64,000 bases of DNA. Origin: Gordius albopunctatus (Eukaryota). Below are positions 32,901-47,900 of the stretch, one piece after another. Below the pieces are notes generated by a model that was given only the letters and a program-made list of their open reading frames with translations, had not been told where the DNA came from and did not search any database. The stretch is from NCBI GenBank assembly GCA_964276515.1, contig OZ193909.1, positions 2,914,001-2,978,000 of the forward strand. Direction: 5' to 3'. The first letter of the stretch is position 1. Every line of letters starts with the position of its first letter. The position numbers and the translations under genes are program-made.

Positions 32901-35900
32901 CTACGTTTATATTGCAATTTATATTAATAATGTAAGTTGTAGTTTAAATTTCGGGCTAAATTCATTCCTACCAAGAGAATATTACTTAGAAGGTTAAAAA
33001 AGTCACATTTTTAAAATATAAGGGTTCCCAAATAAATGTACAGTGGGCTGGGTCCCTTGAATTATAGTTAATGACCTATCAGAGACAAGAAAAGCCCTGC
33101 CCAATTGGCCCATGAGCCTGATAACTTTCGTATATTACGACTTTTTTTTTTGGGGGGGGGGGGTGGGGGCCCGGGCGGGCACTCTAAAAAGATTCGGGCA
33201 ATTAGGTCTTAATGAGATTATTTATATAGTGTAGTCTTGTCTTCGTGTATTATTTTGTCACCTTTTTATATGATTTTATCATGGGCGTAACCAAGAAAGG
33301 GAGGAGGGGCAAGGAGGGCGGCTGCCCCCCTCTAAATCCAAAAATTTGTTGAAAGACTAAAATTTCAAAAAACTATCATTTTTCCGCTTCCTAAATCAAT
33401 TTTCCGCGCTCTAACTTCAATCATAGCTACGCCCATGGATTTTATAATATTAACTTATCGTAACTCTCATAAAAAATGGAGAATTTAGTTGAATGTTGTT
33501 GGAAAATATGACAAATTTATTCCGAAAAATTTAAAATCCTTTTATCGGGCCTCTCAGATCGGGCAGCTCTAATAATTCGGGAATGGTCGGGCGAACACTT
33601 AGAAAGGTTGGGGTGGCCTGGGGTGACAATTTAGTTATAAAATCGGACCAAAGGGGTTTCGTCCGAAAAAAAAACAACAAATCTGACCTCTGGTACCTAT
33701 GTGTTAGAATGGATAAATCTAATTGATCGGTTAAGGAAATAAACCCATACAAATTTGGCATCAACATTAGCGTCTAACTCCTTCTATACTGACATTATAA
33801 AATGCTGCTAATTTACAATAGTCACAATACATAGCCCCCAAAAATAGCCTATAAAAAATCGCTCTAGATAGGACCTTAATGTCCCGTTAGTAAAAAAATA
33901 TATGATACTTTATATCCAATACATTGGCCCCCCCCCCGCAAATAATGACTCAAGTACAATTTTTAACAAAAGGTTTTCTTGTACAATTTATTTATATATT
34001 AGGGTATATTGAGTATGATTTCTCTCAAATTTACAGTTAAAGTTAAGGTCACCATTTTCATATGTTTTGTTCATTTGTATTTTAAACCAAAGTTCATGAG
34101 TTTACGACGAATGGCATGATTATTAAATATTTTTTATAGCTTTTTAATAAATTCCCATCCCTTTTTCTCTATAATTATGGCTCTCAAAATTTTAGTTTGC
34201 CATTTTTCACTTACCTATTCCTCTGCCTCACCTTTAGATTCCCATTTAATTTTTTTTAAAAATCCGCCCCACCTAATATACTTTAAACTGTCGCTTTAAT
34301 GGATATACCCTTCTAATGGTTCTCGCTGTAAGTTATTACATCGACAATGATGTAATAGCTCTAAATTTGGTATAATTATTTTAAATGCTTTACAGATTAT
34401 CATGCCCCATAATGGTACAAAACCTTTTTAAACCTAACTCTATTGTCGTTGCATGTATACAGAGGGGTAGACAGTGTGTGTATCTCTAAGGTTAGGAGTG
34501 CAACAAAACGATGCAAAAATTCCCTTTGCAAATTTTAATCTCAGGTACCTAATGGATATAATTGCGTTAATTCCCCGGTCATTTTACCTCCTAAACTAAT
34601 ACATACATGCCTACTTACTACATATTTTGGAACAAGGAAAAGTTCATATTCTATTTTAAAATGACAAAATATTTGGTTGTTTAGGTTTGTAATAAAGCTG
34701 GAGTCAGAAATTTAGAAAAGTAAAGACTTTACTAAACTTGACATTAGATTCCAGTCCCATTTAAGGTGTTAAAGATATAGGTGAGAATTAGTGATGAAGA
34801 GGGTGTCAAACAATGCACTGCGTTTACACATTGTACCATTTAAGGTCGTTTTGGATTTTTTATCGACAAGGCAATTCCCATTATCAGTAATTCTAGTGAG
34901 GGAGTAGTTAGTTTAATGATGTCTCAATTAATCGATTATAAATCCATTTGTGCAAAGACCTAAGAGATTTAAAGGTGTGTGTTTCGTGTAAATGAGAGAG
35001 AGAGACAAAAGGGTGCAAATGTTACAGTGCCTCTTTATATGTGTATAATGAATGTATACGTCGATACATTGCACTTATTTTCCATTATGTGGGGCACGCG
35101 TTTAATTTTAAATTGGATCACGCTAACTAACCCTGCTGCATGATCATCTCGCAATCAGATAATCCTTTTGGGTATTAATATCAAAAATCGCTAAAATCTA
35201 TACAAAAATTGCCCGCTAAATCAATGACCGATAGGATAATCAAAAACAATGCTCTGTAACACCAATATATTTTTGGAACCATATTTTTCCATATTTTATA
35301 ATTAGTTCTATCTAAAATAATGGGTTGTATAATTTTTGATAATGTCATCCCATACTCATTTCAGCCCACAGGATAAGAGTTAATGTTTATTTTATTATCT
35401 AATTTAAAACCCATATCACGTCCGCATGTCTCTAAATGAAGTTTTAAAAAAAGATTCGAGTGAGATGACGTCCCTTGCATTTTATAAAAAACAAGGCCTT
35501 TTTAATTTCTTGAGATGGTAAAAGTCAACTCCATTCCCTGATATTCGAAATCGCCTTATAATTTAGGCGAGAAAAATGGTAAAAATCATAATGTTTAAGA
35601 GGAATAGAGGGGGCCAATAATATTTTAAGGTTTTCAAAATTTTAGATATAATTATATTGAATTTTAAAGATTTTTTGGACTTAGAGGGCGGCAGACGCCC
35701 CTTTCTGCCTCCCCCTGGCTACTCTCTTATCTACGAGGCATAAATGTTTATAAATTAAAAAAACTGAGGCAAAAAAACGGAATAGCAATTGGGTTTAAGT
35801 GAAAATATTTTAAAAGTCGGCGGACGGGCGCCATTAGCCTGCTCTTCGACCCCCAACTTCAAGTACGTTTAATATATTTGACAAAAACCTTTGGCGTGTA

Positions 35901-38900
35901 AATAGTAAGGCGATGAGCATCAATTGTCAAACAGGATGTTTTTTTAATTGCAAACGACATAACTCTACATAATGAAATATTACTACATTATCAGGAATAG
36001 AGATACATTCATTACTTCTGTATACACATATAAATATCGATTAGTACACAACACATGTATCCACGGTTAATAAGTAATTAATCCTCTGGGAATGTAAATA
36101 TAGCAGATAAAACCGACACTTTATACATTATTTGATATTTCATTTAGACAATCCATTCAAAAATAACCATCATAAGATACATCGTCAAATTTTACAAAAT
36201 ATTAACAGTATCCCAAAATGACACTTATACACTGCTAACAAAATTTTTTATAATGTATATCATTTTAAATGTACTCATTTACATAAGCGGGGTCAGGGCA
36301 CCCCCCCAAACCCCTTAAAAATTAAAAAAAAAATTTGTTTTGCCCCCCCCCCCCGCTAATCCAAAACCTGGCTATGCCCATGCTCATTTACCGCTAAAAA
36401 AATTATTATTGTGCAAAAATATAAATAAGCTGTAAATATATCTACTTGGTGTTAATATTAATTTTGATTGATATACAGCTCGGTTCTGCGACAAAAATTA
36501 AGTTTTAGAGAATGTGGTAAAATTTGTCGGCAAACGACCCTCATTTGATAAATTGATCAAATTGTTTTATTACTATTTAACAACTTAACTATACCCTTCT
36601 TTTTTGACTCTCGAAAAGTAAGCCTAACAATTTCAAATTTCTTTAATTTTACCGAATCCCGTTGTCTCTAAGCGCTGATAATAATTTGGTCTGGGAAAAA
36701 AATTCAAATGCGGCACTTTCTTTGTGCCACTTATTTTGGGATAAAGTTATAATCAACGAGGGAATTATTATTGCATATACCATCTTTCACGAAGTTTTTA
36801 TACTCTCTTTTCTTTATAGACTAAATTTCGCCGACGCAACTGCCTCTTGTTAAATAAATGGCAGTGCACATATTCAGAGTTGGAGGGGTGTTTTATGGAA
36901 AAGAAGAAAAAAAAACTTAGAAAGAGGACAAATGTTAATGGTTATTAAATTAGTATTATTACAAAGGTTAAGTGACCTACAATTATTATCAAAGCATTGA
37001 ACGAGAAAGGTGCGAATTTCTTTCGGCTCTCAGCATAAACAATATGCTGCTGCGGTATTAAAATGACAACAATTTCACACTATAATCTAAAAGCAATTAT
37101 TCCCTTAATCTCCTATTTATTTGTATTTTTAGAAATGAGTCTATCCAAATCATTAAAAAGTGTTTAAATCTTTTTGTTAACTCTCGATTTCCATTATTAC
37201 ACTGTGAATTATATACTACGGGTCTTAGTTATCTATTTACTTTGTGCTTATTTCACCATACTGTTTCCTTAATTGACTTTAGCAAAATTTTTAATATTAA
37301 TTGAAGGAATTTACTAAATTTTCAAAATAATCTATATAAAATAATTTTCCTGTCCCAGAACATTCCTCCCCTACTCTCTGGAAAACGAATTGACACCCAC
37401 TTAAATGTTATGAAATAATTTAGCAGACAAGAGAATAGCAACAGAGCTGTAAAAGCCTTTTTCCTTAAGATAAACATTTTGCTATAATGGTTCCATAAAA
37501 TTTATGCTTCTACCACAATTTTAGTAATCTATCTTCTCTAACCTTATGTTAAAAAATATTTTAGATAAATCAAACGTATAATCTGCGTAGATGACAGGTC
37601 TCTTTTAAACATTTATAGCATTAAAAAGATGGTGGGTGGTGTGGGAAAAACGTGGTTATTTTTTGTGTAACTCTAACCGGGGCAAAATCCACGCTATTTT
37701 AACATATTTTTCTCGGAGCGCTCACGCTTCATCGGATTTTCCTATCAACAGCTCTAGAGAACCATACGGTTAAAATGACATCGTCCCTTGTGCCTCCCAG
37801 CCTAGCTACTCTTTCCCATTTCCTAGATATTTTTGCCTCGTTTTCTCTGTGGCTTATATTTTGGCACTTCGTTAGATGGAAAATAGACACTCGTTCCCCC
37901 TTATCGATAGATCGCATCTCTGAGATAAGGTTAAAACGATTCTAAGCTAAATATGTATATGATGTGATACATACATAATACTTTATTCCCAATAAAGAGA
38001 TGTATGCAGCATGTAAAACATACACATTAAACACATTACAGTTCTCCCCTAGATGATTTAAACTCTTTTCCCCGTCCAATTTATGACTCCCCATAAATCA
38101 TGGACACACCGCTCATGTTGCTGGGTTAGTCGCTCGCTAAATAACTCGGCGCGCATCGGGAGCAATTTATATACATACAGACCTCTGCTGAGATGTTTGC
38201 TTTGTAATATGGCCTAAGATTTTTGGCTCAGATATGAGATGGTGGTATACACGACTTATCGGGCATCACAGTCTTAAATTATTCCATATTTTTATCAAAT
38301 CTCAACCATTTCCTCTCTTATCGAAAGGGGTTAGCTGGGAGTGAGATGATAAGCATAGAAGATTACCTATCCTAAACAAAAGCAAAAAAAATCGTTTTTT
38401 AAACAGGCCGAAATGTAATCGGAATGCGAAAACATATTTTTGTAGACGCGACGATTTGAGTACTGATAATACTTAGATAAGCACTACGTCCGTCTACGTG
38501 CAAAAAGTTGAAACGAGAGATTATATAATGAGATTGGTTTCCACGTTTTGACGGAATGTAAAAATTATAATCATTGTAAAAAACCGAAAAATGCTCTTGC
38601 CCTGGACTATTATGTATACATTTTATTTTTAGAGTTAGATGAAGAGGAATATAGCCCTTATCTAACAGCAGTAATAAAGAGGCGAGGTGATAAGATATGC
38701 TTTTGAAGAATGTAATTTCTTTTAATTTTCCGGTTTCCAAAAAATGGATAAAAATGGCCCGAATTATATAGCACAAGCATGGCAGACAAAATTAATTGGG
38801 ACATTAAGATTGGAATGTATTCCATATTATTTGCGAATTCAGAATTTCAGGAAAACATAGGCAATTATTGTGCCCCGTGTGGGTTATGTATTCCTGAGGC

Positions 38901-41900
38901 AGCCAGGACTTGTTGCCTGGAAAATTATAAATTTGGATATTGATGATAGTACTACTTATTTTTAAATTTTGATTTGGTACTAATAATCTCTATTTAGGAA
39001 CGGTGTAAAAAAGCCGTTTTTGATACGCAAATACTTGAATGCTAATTAAGGTGAATGATAATCCCCTGCAAATATATTTCAATCGCACACGCATATTTAT
39101 AAGACTCAATTTAAAGTCGCAATAGAATAGGATCAAATATGCCTTGTGTCATTTTTTTATATTTATGGGCAATTTAATCTATTTCCTAAAAAAGGATCAT
39201 TTTTTAGTAAACGACTCTTTATAAAATGATAAATTTTTTGTATTTAAAATTAATTGAAGCCATGTCGTTGTTTTGGATTTGTGTATTTCTACTTCAAACT
39301 AGATTTTATAAAAATATATTATCTCTTTAGCTATTTTAATAACAATTAATATGAAAATAATAAAAACCTTTTGCATTTAATTTGATGTTTCATTTCTTTT
39401 AGACGCTTTGCTTTTTAAATATACATGTGCAAAAATTTGCAATATAACTCCCAAAGAATTACGTAAATGTTTTTAAAAACCCGACCTAAAGTTATTCATG
39501 GGGGAGGTCGTGTTTTAGTCAGCGGATATTTGTCATCCAAGCTCATTCTACGAAATCTCTTGATAATTTTTTTTATAAAACAGAACATATTTAATTGTTT
39601 TTATAAATATCAAAAAACATTTTAAAAATTTTTCCGTAAAAAACACATAAAGTTCGGATCGAATTTAACAACACTTGGCACGATGAAGGTAGGGTAGAGG
39701 CAAATGTTGGCAACTTTTTGCAAAAGATTTCGGCTTTAAGCAAGGGCCATGGAGAGGCTTACAAAGAAGGTGCGTTTACCTTTGAGCTAGCAAATCGTGG
39801 TAAAACAAGCTTTCGTAGGGGGTCGTAAACGGTGGTGCGCACTTCAAATCGGCCACAAATCCAAAAGGCTAAACGGGCAGAATCAAGTTCAAAGGGAAAC
39901 TTTTTTTTATGGATTACCACTTTTAAAGATGAATTAAATGCTTTTTTCTTATATCTCTTAGCATAAGAGAAATGATGATATAAAGCGAAATTCATCTATA
40001 AAAAGGCGGCAGGTGGTGTATGTGCCAGCTAGTTCTCTTACATAAACACATCACCCCAAGCATGCATGCATTATTAAAATACCATGAAAAGGTAAAACTA
40101 TTCTTTATTTCCCCTGGTTCCTTACAAAATTTGTTAAAAATTAATTAACAATTTCTCAGCGGCAGCTCCCCCCTTGAAGCTGCACTTTTGAAAGAGCCTT
40201 TTGTGTGTAAATTACACAACGTGTGATTGAGCAAATTGAAAGGGGGCGATTTTAATCGTTCATTTAAGCGTCGATGCTTTCTCAAAAACTAACAATCGAT
40301 TAAGTTGTTAAAGATGAATTTCGCGATGAAAAGGATTTTTGTGAGGGTAGGCGTGGTTGAATAAATTATTATTGCAACGCCATGATTGATGATCTTCCAG
40401 GATTTAAAAGGTATTTCGATTAAATGGTACAAAGGTAATTTATGCAAGTTTTTGCTTCGAAAGCCGCTTTTTTCGACAATGGTCAAGGCCGAAAAGTATA
40501 TATACTGTGCTTATTAAAGTTTTGTTTACTTTAAAAAGGGAAATAAATACAGTTTATTTCAAGTATCTGTAGTTGTTAAACTCAAGAAGTGCCAAGATAG
40601 CACATCAGACGAGTAGCCAGGATTTTTCCAAGGGGGTAGAAAATTTCCAATTTTCAAAAAACATTTTTATTTCAATAAATTATTTATGAGGCAGAGCCCC
40701 CAGGAGATGGGGGTTTGGGGGCGGAGCCCACGACGTATTTTTCTATTCACTGATATTATTAATAATGCTTTTCATTTTTTACTGATATAGTTGCAGGCTT
40801 ATTAAATCTTTAAAATATATTTTATTAGCTTAAGCTCCTAACGATTCATCGGGAGTTAGCCCCAACTCCTGATGAAATTATTGATGTCTTATCTTTTGGC
40901 AAAATAAAAAAAAAATATACACCGCTTTTGTATTTATATTTATCAATAGATCAACGAATTACTAGGTTTAGATGTAGAAGGATCGGATAATTTCATAGGG
41001 AAATAATTCTCCAAATTTCGTTTTTTCCATTGTAATGCAAGTGAATAAACGATATAGGAAAAAGAGAATAATGGTTAATTGGCTTTTTGTCGAAATTCAA
41101 TTCAAAAATAAAAAAGTATATATCGGTATTTATTTATAAATGTGTCATTTTGAGTCAGTTACTCAGCTATAGAATAAAAACCTTCAATCTAAAAATATGT
41201 TATTTTTTAATAAAAAAAAATTATTAATTTTTGCCAAGGGGGTAAACTTTCCCTTTTTCTACACCCTTCTGCACGCCTATGTAGCACATGGTTCATATAA
41301 AAACGAGGTGTTAATTTTGTCTAACATTAAAATGCAAGTGATTTTAATGACTACATTTTCTATGTGAAAACTAGTAAAGCTTAAAGATTAAAACGATTAA
41401 ATTTGATTTATAAAGAAAAAAATTAAACTTATCATATTGTATTTTTTAGCTTGAAATATTAACATTAGATAAATTACAAAAACTCACTAAATTTTAAATT
41501 ATAACCCTAAAAATTTATAATTAATTTTGTAATAATTATTTCATTTGTAGATTTAAAGAAAGATAATTTTTATAGTAAAATTTTATTTACAACAGTAAAT
41601 AAAAACAAAATTTGGTTCTAAAACTTTTCTACTAGCTGACTCTTTATAGGAAAGAGGCAGCTTCATGGGTGTAGTCATGGGGTGGCAGAAAAGGGAGCCC
41701 GCCCCCCTATAAATTAAAAAAAAAATAAATTTTAATATAATTATGGCTCTAATTTCTAAAAATTATTATTTCGCCCCCTCCTAAAGCATTATAGCCCCCC
41801 CCTCTGACTAAGCCCTAGGGCAGCTTCCTCTTTTAAAAATTTAAAAAATAAAATATGTTGTATAGTACATCTTAATAGATCTTCGGAGGTTCCTCCTCCT

Positions 41901-44900
41901 ATTATCTTATTTAAATTCCTATCCAAACCACATATATGGGCAGCACTTCTTTTGTTTTGAGCATTAACTATTAAGTTTTATCTTTTTGATGATCGCTTTG
42001 ATTACATATATACGGTTAATTAAAATTATTTTTAAAAAATTATCTTAAAAATGTAATGCAATGGACTTCAAATATTTTCAACGATATTTTGAATACAAGA
42101 ATGTATAAGCGCGTCAACAAAAATGAAAGTTGAATGCACTTTAATTTAAATTTATTAAATTGTTGCTTAAAATACCTTTTTTGCCAAACGAATGAACTTA
42201 GATTTCACTTATTTAAACGGGCAATTTTCAATAATATAACAAATTATACAGAATAAACACATCTCGCAGTTTATTTTATCCAAATCATATGTCGAATATT
42301 CAAAAGTAATCGATTAAATATATAATATTTATAAAGTAATTTTTAATTAAAGATTTTGCAATTATATATGTAAATATTTTTATAATTTTTTTTAGTAATA
42401 TATACTCATTTTATATTTAATTATAATATTTACATACTTTATATTAATGCTAATTACAATTTTAATTTTCAAAATAAACCCTAATATTCGCTAAATTTAA
42501 ATATGTCACATGTTAATAAATTATACATTTTTTTAAAAATATTTTAATAACAGATGCTAAAAATGTTCGATTCCTTAGTTTTAAACAAAAAATTTTACAC
42601 TAAATAAGTTAACATATACAAAACATTTAATCAAATTAATTAAAAAAATTTAGCCGCAAACTTTTGTAATTTTTTTTTGTAAATTGCTATAATTAAGTAT
42701 AAAAAATTGAAGTGGTAAAACTAGGAACGATTACGATTAACATTGTTCAACAAATTAGTTTATTGATTGATGGATGAGTAAAATATTCAAATTAAGGGTT
42801 AGGTTTGTAATATAGAGTGGGAAAGGTTATGATTGGTTAACCATTTAATGATTGACAGCTGACAGTTTTATTATTTCTCTATTATGACGTGACAGTTGCC
42901 TTCTTTTTTAGTTGATGCATTCAGGGTTGATGATTTAGAGAGAGGCAAACTGGTAATTTTTTGAAATATTAGCCATATTAAAGAATTTTTGGATTTAGAG
43001 GGGGGGCAGCCACCCCTCCCTGCCTCTTTCTGGCTTCGCCCATGGGGATAGGGGAAAAAAATTTATCTCTTAATTTATAAAAAATGAATTATAGACGACA
43101 TTTATAATAAATTTATTATAGAAAAAAATGTATTAGTCTTTCTCCCTGATATTTGAAACTTTGCCCTCACCCGTTTGTTGAATTTTATAAAAGAAACACG
43201 TGTTTAAATATAATCAGCGGCGTAACTAGGGGGACGGGGCGAGAGAGTTGTGAGAGCCAAACTAAGGGGTTAGGATTTTGGTGTTAAGGAGGTCTTGGAA
43301 CGTCTAGCCCTCTCACTCTCACCTACTTCCGCACTCTCCGCCTTTCAGACCACCTTAGCCCCCTATAGCTACGCCACTGAATATAATGCCCTCCCAAGGT
43401 TACATTTTAGCTTACTTGAAACGCAAACTTTTTGTTTTTGTAAAATTTTGCAGGCAAAAGTAATTTTGACAAAAAATTTTTGGGTGACAATCTATCCCTA
43501 GATTATAAGGGTAGGAAATATTCAGGCTTGAATTGTTGTTAGCCACCACTCTTTTTGACCCCCTAGGACTTAAATAGGTGGAGAGGTGAGGATAATCTGT
43601 TCCCCTTATATAAAAATGAGAAGACTAATATGAATGCGCTCAAGTGCAATTTCAAAAAAACAAAATTTTTCAATACAAAAACCCACAAAAACCCTAAGAA
43701 ATTATGTTTTGCCCCCGCCCCTAATTTGTCAGGGGGAGGCAGGGAGTGTGGCTGACCCCTCCCCCGATTAGCCATTTTATAGGTCGCGTTTTGGATACTG
43801 GAGACCTTTTTTCTTTTGCTCGCCGAAAATTTTTGGTAAGGAAAATTTTTTTTACTCTGCCCCCCCCCCCCCCAATTCAAAACCTGTCTACGCCCATGTA
43901 CATACATATTATACACTTTCTAAAATAATAAAATTCAAACATACAAACAATTTTAAGTTCAATAATCAAAATTAATATATTAATCGTTACCACCCTATAA
44001 TAAAATAATATTCTCAAATCTTTTATATAAATTTAAAGGTATGATAATAATAATAATTGGTGTTTTATTTTAATATTTTATTTTGTTTTCTTAAATATTA
44101 GACGATACGGTACCAAATGCTCAGGTTGTGGCTTGGGCATAAGCCCGACAGATCTAGTCAGGAGGGCGAGGTCTAAAGTATTTCACCTAAAATGTCTCAT
44201 CTGCATGATTTGCCGGAAACAGCTGTGCACGGGAGAAGAATTATACATCCTAGATGACAGTCAATTCGTTTGCAAAGATGATTACCTAAACCTCAAGCCC
44301 ACAAGTATATATTTTTATTTAAAACCTTTGCTTAATAAATGGCTCAAAAACTATATAGACGGTTATAATACATCACTATTATCAATTAAATGGACATATA
44401 TTCTTGTTAAATGAAAGTCGTTTTTATATAAAAGTGGACCCAAGACTAAAGCTCGAGTTTAGGTAACTTTGAAACTATGAGTTTAATAAGACTATTTTCA
44501 AACCGTGTATGGCCGATTTTGAAAACACATTGCATAGAAGTCAGGGCAAATTCTTTCATAGATTAATTAGAGTATAAAGTTTGGCAAACTAAGTCTGGTT
44601 TTACTTGGTCAATGAAAATGTAAAACAAAATCACAATAATTCGTATTTTTAGAATTAAATGTCAAACAATAAAGAAAAGTAAATAAAATGAACTAACAGA
44701 ATGATGAAACGATTGAACGTTTTCATGAATCTATTTTATTCTTTATTTTTGCTCCAAAATGAGTTATATGAACCCAAAAAATATCGTTGTATTTTATTTG
44801 TAAATAAATTTTCTCAGTACATCTAGGCATAATTTCAGTTATTATAATTCAATATTTTGTGATTAAATTTATGTTAAAAATTGTGGCTAGGTAAATCGCA

Positions 44901-47900
44901 GGGGTGGATATGTAGGTAAACAGTAGTTATATGGAAAAATATAACATGTTGTTGATGATTTTTATTTAGTTGAATTTAAATAATGCTATAGGTCTAAATT
45001 CAACATTTTAACGTCCGGTTTATATTAAAATTAACTTTGCCTTGATCACATTTAGATTCCGAGCTTGTTTTAATTAATCCACAAATGCAACCTTTAAACA
45101 TAGAATGTAACTAAAATTATAGATAAATACAAGTTTAGGGTTATAAACATGGGCATAGCCAGCATTGGAATTGCCCTGTAAACGAAATCGTTTATTTTTG
45201 TCACTAAACAACCTATTGACGACTTTTTATAGTAGAGAATCATTATCCACTCAACCCATCTTCGGTCAATCCCAAAGAAACCTCCGATTCAAGCGTTTAC
45301 AAACGCTGTTCTGCCACTTGTAACGAAGATATTAATATAAATTTACACATCCCCGAAGCATACGGCGGCACCGATAAAACATATTGTCCTTACAGTTTGC
45401 CCACAGTCCAGGATATCAGGCCTCCCCTGCTCGAACCCAGCCCTTTAAATTCGCATAATTTTTCCATTCCAGCCCTGGGTCAGCAAAATGAAGATGTCTT
45501 TAATGGCTTAGCCAGGAGACCAAAGGCACCTCGGGCCAGAAGACCTAGGGGTAGTTGCAGTAGCAGTGGAGCTTTCAGTTTTCTGAGTCCACCCAGCGTT
45601 GTTCCTTCTAGTCCGGGAAGGAAGTTGTCCACCTCGACCCGTGGTAACTCACCCTTGACGACACCGGACCAAGCGACTAGCGCAAAACGAACGGGTAACA
45701 AAAAGAAATCGCCCTGCAAAACCAATAACTCCCTCCTTCACACTCACAACTTCAACGAGGCTTCGGGTGTTGCTTTCAATATGGCCGCCGAAATGGGGAC
45801 ACTCAAGCCCGAAGATGACCGCGGTCCTTCGTCTTGCGGTACAGAAGGAGGGGCGGTGGGTTGTGAGGAGGGAGAAGAAGATCTGAGCTCCCTGTACTAC
45901 TACGAAGATGGAGGAGGAGATGAGGGAGATGAAGACATTGAAGAGGAATGCGATATTGAGGAGGAAGATGGGGAAGATGATGGGGCTGATGAAATAGCTG
46001 TTGAGGATTGCTGTGATGAAGATGACGGGGGTAGCAGTCGTTCATTCGTTCCCCCAACAATTCTTTCATCAGGCTCTCCTTCCTGCGGACAAATGGCAAT
46101 GGACCCTGCCGCTTTTTACAAAGGTTAGTGTATATTGCCTTTTTTCGCATTCGTTCATGCGCAAAGTTTAAATTTTGTTTTTAAAAGCCGTTTTCTAGGA
46201 AACAGTGCTTGCATTAGACAACAGTGAGCCATTCGGAAGGTGGGGTGGGATTCTTAAAATTTTAATTAAGCTTTGCATCGTGGGGGCTTAGTTGATATAG
46301 AGCTTTGCCTTTGAGCAAGAGCTTGCGGGTTCAAATCCCTCTTTCGGCACTTTTTTCGAAAGATTTAAAATCACATTGTTAACACGGCTGTCAGGCATGG
46401 ATACCCGAGCGTCAACCCTCACCCAATTATCTAAAGAAGCTGACCACCTTAGTGTGACAAGACAAACAGCTATTTAAAAATTTTGTATAGCACAATTTAA
46501 AAAGGCTAAAGTAATAATGCGCCTTTATAACTTTTCGCACATTGATTAGGAACAACAATATACATCCGAATTTTCATTTCGCTTCGCCTTGAGTTTCATT
46601 TGTAATTATACCTATTGTGCCAAAGGGACGCGGTGGCGTGGCGTTATAAATATTTTATATAATGCCGAACGAACCATGCAGCTAATTCTAAAATATGTAA
46701 ATGGTATTATAACAAATTTTCTGCAAAGAATGCACCTATTTTCTAAGATAAACCTTTAATGAAAATTAATGCTTTAAAAAACTTTAAATGTGCCTTTAAA
46801 TGTCCTTATAAAAATAAAATTATTGTTAATTTATCGCATTATGAAATGCCATTTGTCCCCACCTTAACTCACGGCTATAAAATAAAACTCTAACTCCCTA
46901 GGTATGATGATAGCTTCGGTCGGTGACGCAAGCAACGAAATGCTACCGGGTTCGGGTTGTTATGGCCGACCCGGAGTCTCTTGTGGTGGACCAGGAAGTG
47001 TAGTGTCGAACGGGAATAATGGCAACAACAGCAATAATAATAAGAGACGCGGTCCTAGGACCACTATAAAGGCCAAACAACTAGAAACACTGAAATCGGC
47101 TTTCGCGGCTACCCCTAAACCCACCAGACACATCAGGGAACAATTGGCGAGGGAGACGGGTCTCAATATGCGAGTTATACAGGTGAAATCCCTTTTTTAA
47201 ACCTTTATTCGGATACGTGAGCATTTTACAATTGGAATATACTCTGAAATGTTTTATAAAAATTGATATCTTTTAAGTCATATTTTATTTGATTATGACG
47301 GGTGTGACACACGTTATTATATGTGTATATAACTTTCTTATTAGTGTCATAACCGCCCATAAAATAGTAGTTAACTCTTTGTAAAACAACTACTGTAGCA
47401 ACAATTTGGGATTAAAATAAATATTTAGTGGAAATTTTTCAAAAATAATGGGACCTAGTAGCTATTCATTTCTAGCTATTCAAGCAAATAGCCCCTGAGG
47501 CTTTAGCTGATAATTGCTTCAATTAGAAACAAACTTCTTTCCGGATTTTGTTTGGAGGAGGGGGCAGCGGGTAACTTTTCCCGATACTCTAAAATACCTT
47601 CCCGATTTAGAACAAACTTGAATTACCATATAATACTAAAATATCTTTGAACTCTCACTTTTTACCACGGGTTGATTATTGCGATGTGAATAAGCCTACC
47701 GTAGCTAGAAATCTTCCGATTACAAACTTTTGACAAAAAAGGGAATATTGAGCTTTTATCCACACAAAATTTATTTTTCACGATAATTTTTTATTCGTTC
47801 TTTGTACCTTAGGCACCACTGATTTCCAAGAACCTTACTTTTGAACTTAAGCAAGTCAAAAGCGATTGCCTTTTCAATATGAATTGGGAAATTTTTGAGG

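Noticed and set aside
46275..46350. Possible tRNA-Gln(TTG) gene
   Set aside because: Acceptor and D arms are degenerate, and it continues into a body and RTE-like tail shared with a second copy that has a TSD, so it is a SINE head.
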